Shown: positions 61,718 to 64,000 of the stretch, in pieces
Layout: each line of letters opens with the position of its first letter
Position numbering within the stretch: the stretch's first letter is position 1
Assembly (NCBI GenBank): GCA_966210615.1
Contig: CBIHLT010000003.1
Span: forward strand, 9-64,008
Length of the DNA: 64,000 bases
Reading direction: 5' to 3'
DNA from: an uncultured Massilia sp.
Lineage (GTDB): Bacteria > Pseudomonadota > Gammaproteobacteria > Burkholderiales > Burkholderiaceae_D
Program-made: the position numbers and the translations under genes
Notes under the pieces: generated by a model
Databases searched by the model: none
The model's input: only the letters and a program-made list of their open reading frames with translations
Told to the model about the DNA's origin: nothing

Positions 61718-63207
61718 CACGCGAGCTCGTCCAGCCGCCAGCCGCGCATCTGGTTCCAGTCGGGATGGTGCAGCCACAGGCAGTTGTCGTAGACCAGCGG
61801 CACGCAGGCTAGCGGCCGCGCCAGGCGCGCGATCTCGTCCAGGATCACGTTGCGGCGGCCGATCCATTCGACCGTCACGCGCTGGATCACACGGTCCTCC
61901 AGGGCGTCTTCGGCGCGGCCGGTGTACTTGTGCAGGCGCAGCACCAGTCCGCTCGGCTGGCTGCGGTTGTTGTTGAAGCTGCGCAGCAGCGGCACCACGA
62001 GCGTATCGTCCTGGCCCTGGTCTTCGACGTGCTCGGCCGACCATGGCTCGTCCACCACCGGATGGCCGCGGCGGAACAGGAAGTTGGCGAAGCCGAGGCG
62101 CGCGCCGTCGATGCCGACCCGCTCCGGCTGCTCCGCACCCAGTTCGAGGAAGGAATAGCCCTGGCCGTCATGGCCGATATGCCACAGGCGCCCGTCGCGG
62201 CTCTGGGTCGGCCCGCCGAAGGCCAGGCGCGGCTGCCATTCCGGCGGCCAGGGCAGGAATTGCGGCGCGTCGCCGGGGCGCCAGGCGAGCTGCCCCGCTT
62301 CGTGCAGCCAGCACAGGCGGCCGTCGTAGCCGAAGGGACGCGACCAGCCGGCCGCCGGCAGATCGGGGCAGGCATATTGCTGCGCCTCGCCCAGGTCGGT
62401 GCGGGCGCTCCACAGGTGCACATTGCCCGGCGCGCCGACCAGGCAGGCCAGGTGGCGGCGCATGATGCCGGGCGCGGCCAGCACCGGCGCGTCGAGTACC
62501 GGTTCAAGGCGGTAGGTTTCGCTCAGCGGGTTGATCCACAGGCGCTGCAGGCCGGCGGCGGTCGGGACCAGCCCCACTTCGCCGCGCCTGCCCCCGTCGC
62601 CGCCCTCGGCGGGCAGCCATGCATATGCCGATGCCGTGAAGGCCAGGCTGCCGGCGCCGTCCTCGGGCGCCAGCACGTGCCACAACTGGGCCAGCGGGTC
62701 CCAGTATTGCAGCACGCCGCGGGCAGGCGCCAGCGCCAGCAGGCGCTGCTCGGGAAAGCCATAAGCGGCGGCGGCAAACACGCACCATGCATTGGGCGGC
62801 GCCGGCATGCCGCGCTCGGCCCGGCCCACCTGCGGCGCGGCGGGCCGCTCTTCCAGGCTGTCGCCCAGCGCCAGGGAGGTGACCGGCAAGCCATGCGGCA
62901 CATGGCGCGGGAGCGACTGGTCCGCGCCCGGCCCCCACCAGCCGGGCTGGCGCGCAGGCTGGCCGTTCAGGCGCTGCAAAGGCCGGCCGCAATGCGGGCA
63001 ATGGGCGAAGCCTTCGGGATAGATGGGCGCACAGCCGCAGCCCGCCGGCAGCGAGGCGCCGAGCAGGCGCGCGACGTCCGGCAGGCGCGCGCCTGCATGG
63101 GACTGCCAGTCGATGCGTCCCAGGCCCTCGGTGGCCAGCAGTTCGAACTGCCCATTCTTCTCGTCTTCCTGCCAGATGCTGGCAGGCGTTTCCCATCGGT
63201 AAGCCAC
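61717..63207 (-). CDS. Zn-ribbon-containing, Trp/Gly-rich beta-strand hypothetical protein (operon gene 1)
   Basis: GTG start at 63207 after GGGAG; CGC...CPHCG; repeated short beta/WxP units. Confidence 0.75.
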   Translation of the reverse strand: MAYRWETPASIWQEDEKNGQFELLATEGLGRIDWQSHAGARLPDVARLLGASLPAGCGCAPIYPEGFAHCPHCGRPLQRLNGQPARQPGWWGPGADQSLPRHVPHGLPVTSLALGDSLEERPAAPQVGRAERGMPAPPNAWCVFAAAAYGFPEQRLLALAPARGVLQYWDPLAQLWHVLAPEDGAGSLAFTASAYAWLPAEGGDGGRRGEVGLVPTAAGLQRLWINPLSETYRLEPVLDAPVLAAPGIMRRHLACLVGAPGNVHLWSARTDLGEAQQYACPDLPAAGWSRPFGYDGRLCWLHEAGQLAWRPGDAPQFLPWPPEWQPRLAFGGPTQSRDGRLWHIGHDGQGYSFLELGAEQPERVGIDGARLGFANFLFRRGHPVVDEPWSAEHVEDQGQDDTLVVPLLRSFNNNRSQPSGLVLRLHKYTGRAEDALEDRVIQRVTVEWIGRRNVILDEIARLARPLACVPLVYDNCLWLHHPDWNQMRGWRLDELA

Positions 63208-63428
63208 TTCCACTCCCGTTCGCATGCCATGTGATTTGCCGAAACAAAGCCTGTCGAGGCCGTTGTTGTTGATCAAATCATAGCGCCGCCACCTGCCGCG
63301 CGGCGCGCCGTTCACGGGGTAGCATGCAGTGATACTGCCGGGATCAAATAGCGGGCCGTTCAGCGGAACTTCCGGGCCGAAACCGTATAATGACGGGCTG
63401 GATACTCCCTGGCTTGCCGACTCTCCCC

Positions 63429-64000
63429 ATGCTTTCCGACCTGCCCTCCTCCGGCGACCTGCCCCCGCACGCCGCCGACGCCGCCTGCGCGCACCTGGCC
63501 GACCTGCTCTCGATCGCCGTCGAACACGGCCCCGGCCACGCCGCCCTGGTCGTCTTCGACACCCGCACCGGCCTGTCGCGCGCCCTGCTCGAAGCCTACC
63601 GCCGCAACCTGCCGGACGCCCGCTTCATCGACTTCGACAGCGTGACGCCGGAGGCGGTGCTGGAAGCTTTCCGCAGCATGCAGGCGAAGGACCTGGTGGT
63701 GCTGGTGCAGTCGACCAACTTCCGCCTGGACGGCTTCCGCATCCGGGTCGAGCTGTTCAAGCTGGGCCTGAAGGTGATCGAGCACGTGCACCTGTCGCGC
63801 ATGCCGGGAGCGCAGGCCGGGCATTACATCGAGGCGCTGGCCTACGACCCGGCCTACTTCCGCGGCACCGGCCGCGCGCTGAAGGCGCGCATCGACAGCG
63901 TGCCGCACGCGCGCGTGGAAGGCGGCGGCGAGGTCCTGCACTTCGCCTCGCCCTTCGAGCCGGCCAAGCTGAACGTGGGCGACTACAGCGGGATGAACAA
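63429..64000 (+). CDS. Probable M29/aminopeptidase-T-like protein (partial; runs off the window, absent from the ORF track)
   Basis: Manual translation gives MLSDLP...LVVLVQSTNFRLDGFRIRVELFKLGLKVIEHVHL...KLNVGDYSGM with no stop to the window end. TATAAT lies upstream. The family call is recall-based. Confidence 0.6.
   Translation, partial: MLSDLPSSGDLPPHAADAACAHLADLLSIAVEHGPGHAALVVFDTRTGLSRALLEAYRRNLPDARFIDFDSVTPEAVLEAFRSMQAKDLVVLVQSTNFRLDGFRIRVELFKLGLKVIEHVHLSRMPGAQAGHYIEALAYDPAYFRGTGRALKARIDSVPHARVEGGGEVLHFASPFEPAKLNVGDYSGMN

Noticed and set aside
56648-61792. 1714-aa plus-strand ORF opposite the tubulin-like operon
   Set aside because: Antisense shadow typical of high-GC coding DNA. It has no recognisable motifs and an Arg/Ala/Gly/Gln-biased composition, and the minus strand carries coherent coupled genes.
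55262-63207. Tubulin-like operon as a prophage or mobile island (TubZ/PhuZ segregation)
   Set aside because: No integrase, att repeats, tRNA, TubR-like gene or phage genes are visible; codon style matches the host; the protein is much larger than TubZ/PhuZ.
63271-63349. GATCAAAT direct repeat upstream of the tubulin-like operon
   Set aside because: Two 8-mers about 70 nt apart are too weak to call a regulatory site without comparative data.

Overview
High-GC betaproteobacterial chromosome segment; gene content points to Oxalobacteraceae (Massilia-like), which is inference. It falls into four blocks. (1) 1-6.6 kb, housekeeping: zapB-like/zapA/6S RNA/EVE/TauE, groESL with sigma32 promoter and CIRCE, DoxX-LysR and two small exported proteins. 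(2) 6.7-38.7 kb, a dispersed starch/maltodextrin utilisation locus: TonB-dependent receptor, four GH13 enzymes (alpha-glucosidase, pullulanase, alpha-amylase, cyclomaltodextrinase), a starch-binding six-hairpin glycosidase, MFS sugar transporter, pgm, a secreted esterase, a flavin-dependent halogenase and two paralogous glucokinase-HexR fusions. A TGTAGT-N3-ACTACA palindrome recurs in its divergent promoters, and REP-like hairpins are interspersed. (3) 38.7-55 kb, mixed accessory genes: DAGK, two GNATs, deaminase, phasin, MdlAB-like ABC pair, ExoD, WYL regulator plus GST, DUF2243/DUF1326/DUF2182 and a TPR diguanylate cyclase. (4) 55.3-63.2 kb, a tightly coupled five-gene minus-strand operon built around a 1206-aa tubulin/FtsZ-like GTPase with a C-terminal GYF_2-like domain. 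Its partners are an exported, membrane-anchored vWA-like protein with a degenerate MIDAS, two Pro-rich membrane proteins and a Zn-ribbon protein. This operon is the best candidate for an uncharacterised system. I saw no CRISPR array, tRNA, rRNA, integrase or transposase. All family assignments come from motif recognition, not database searches.
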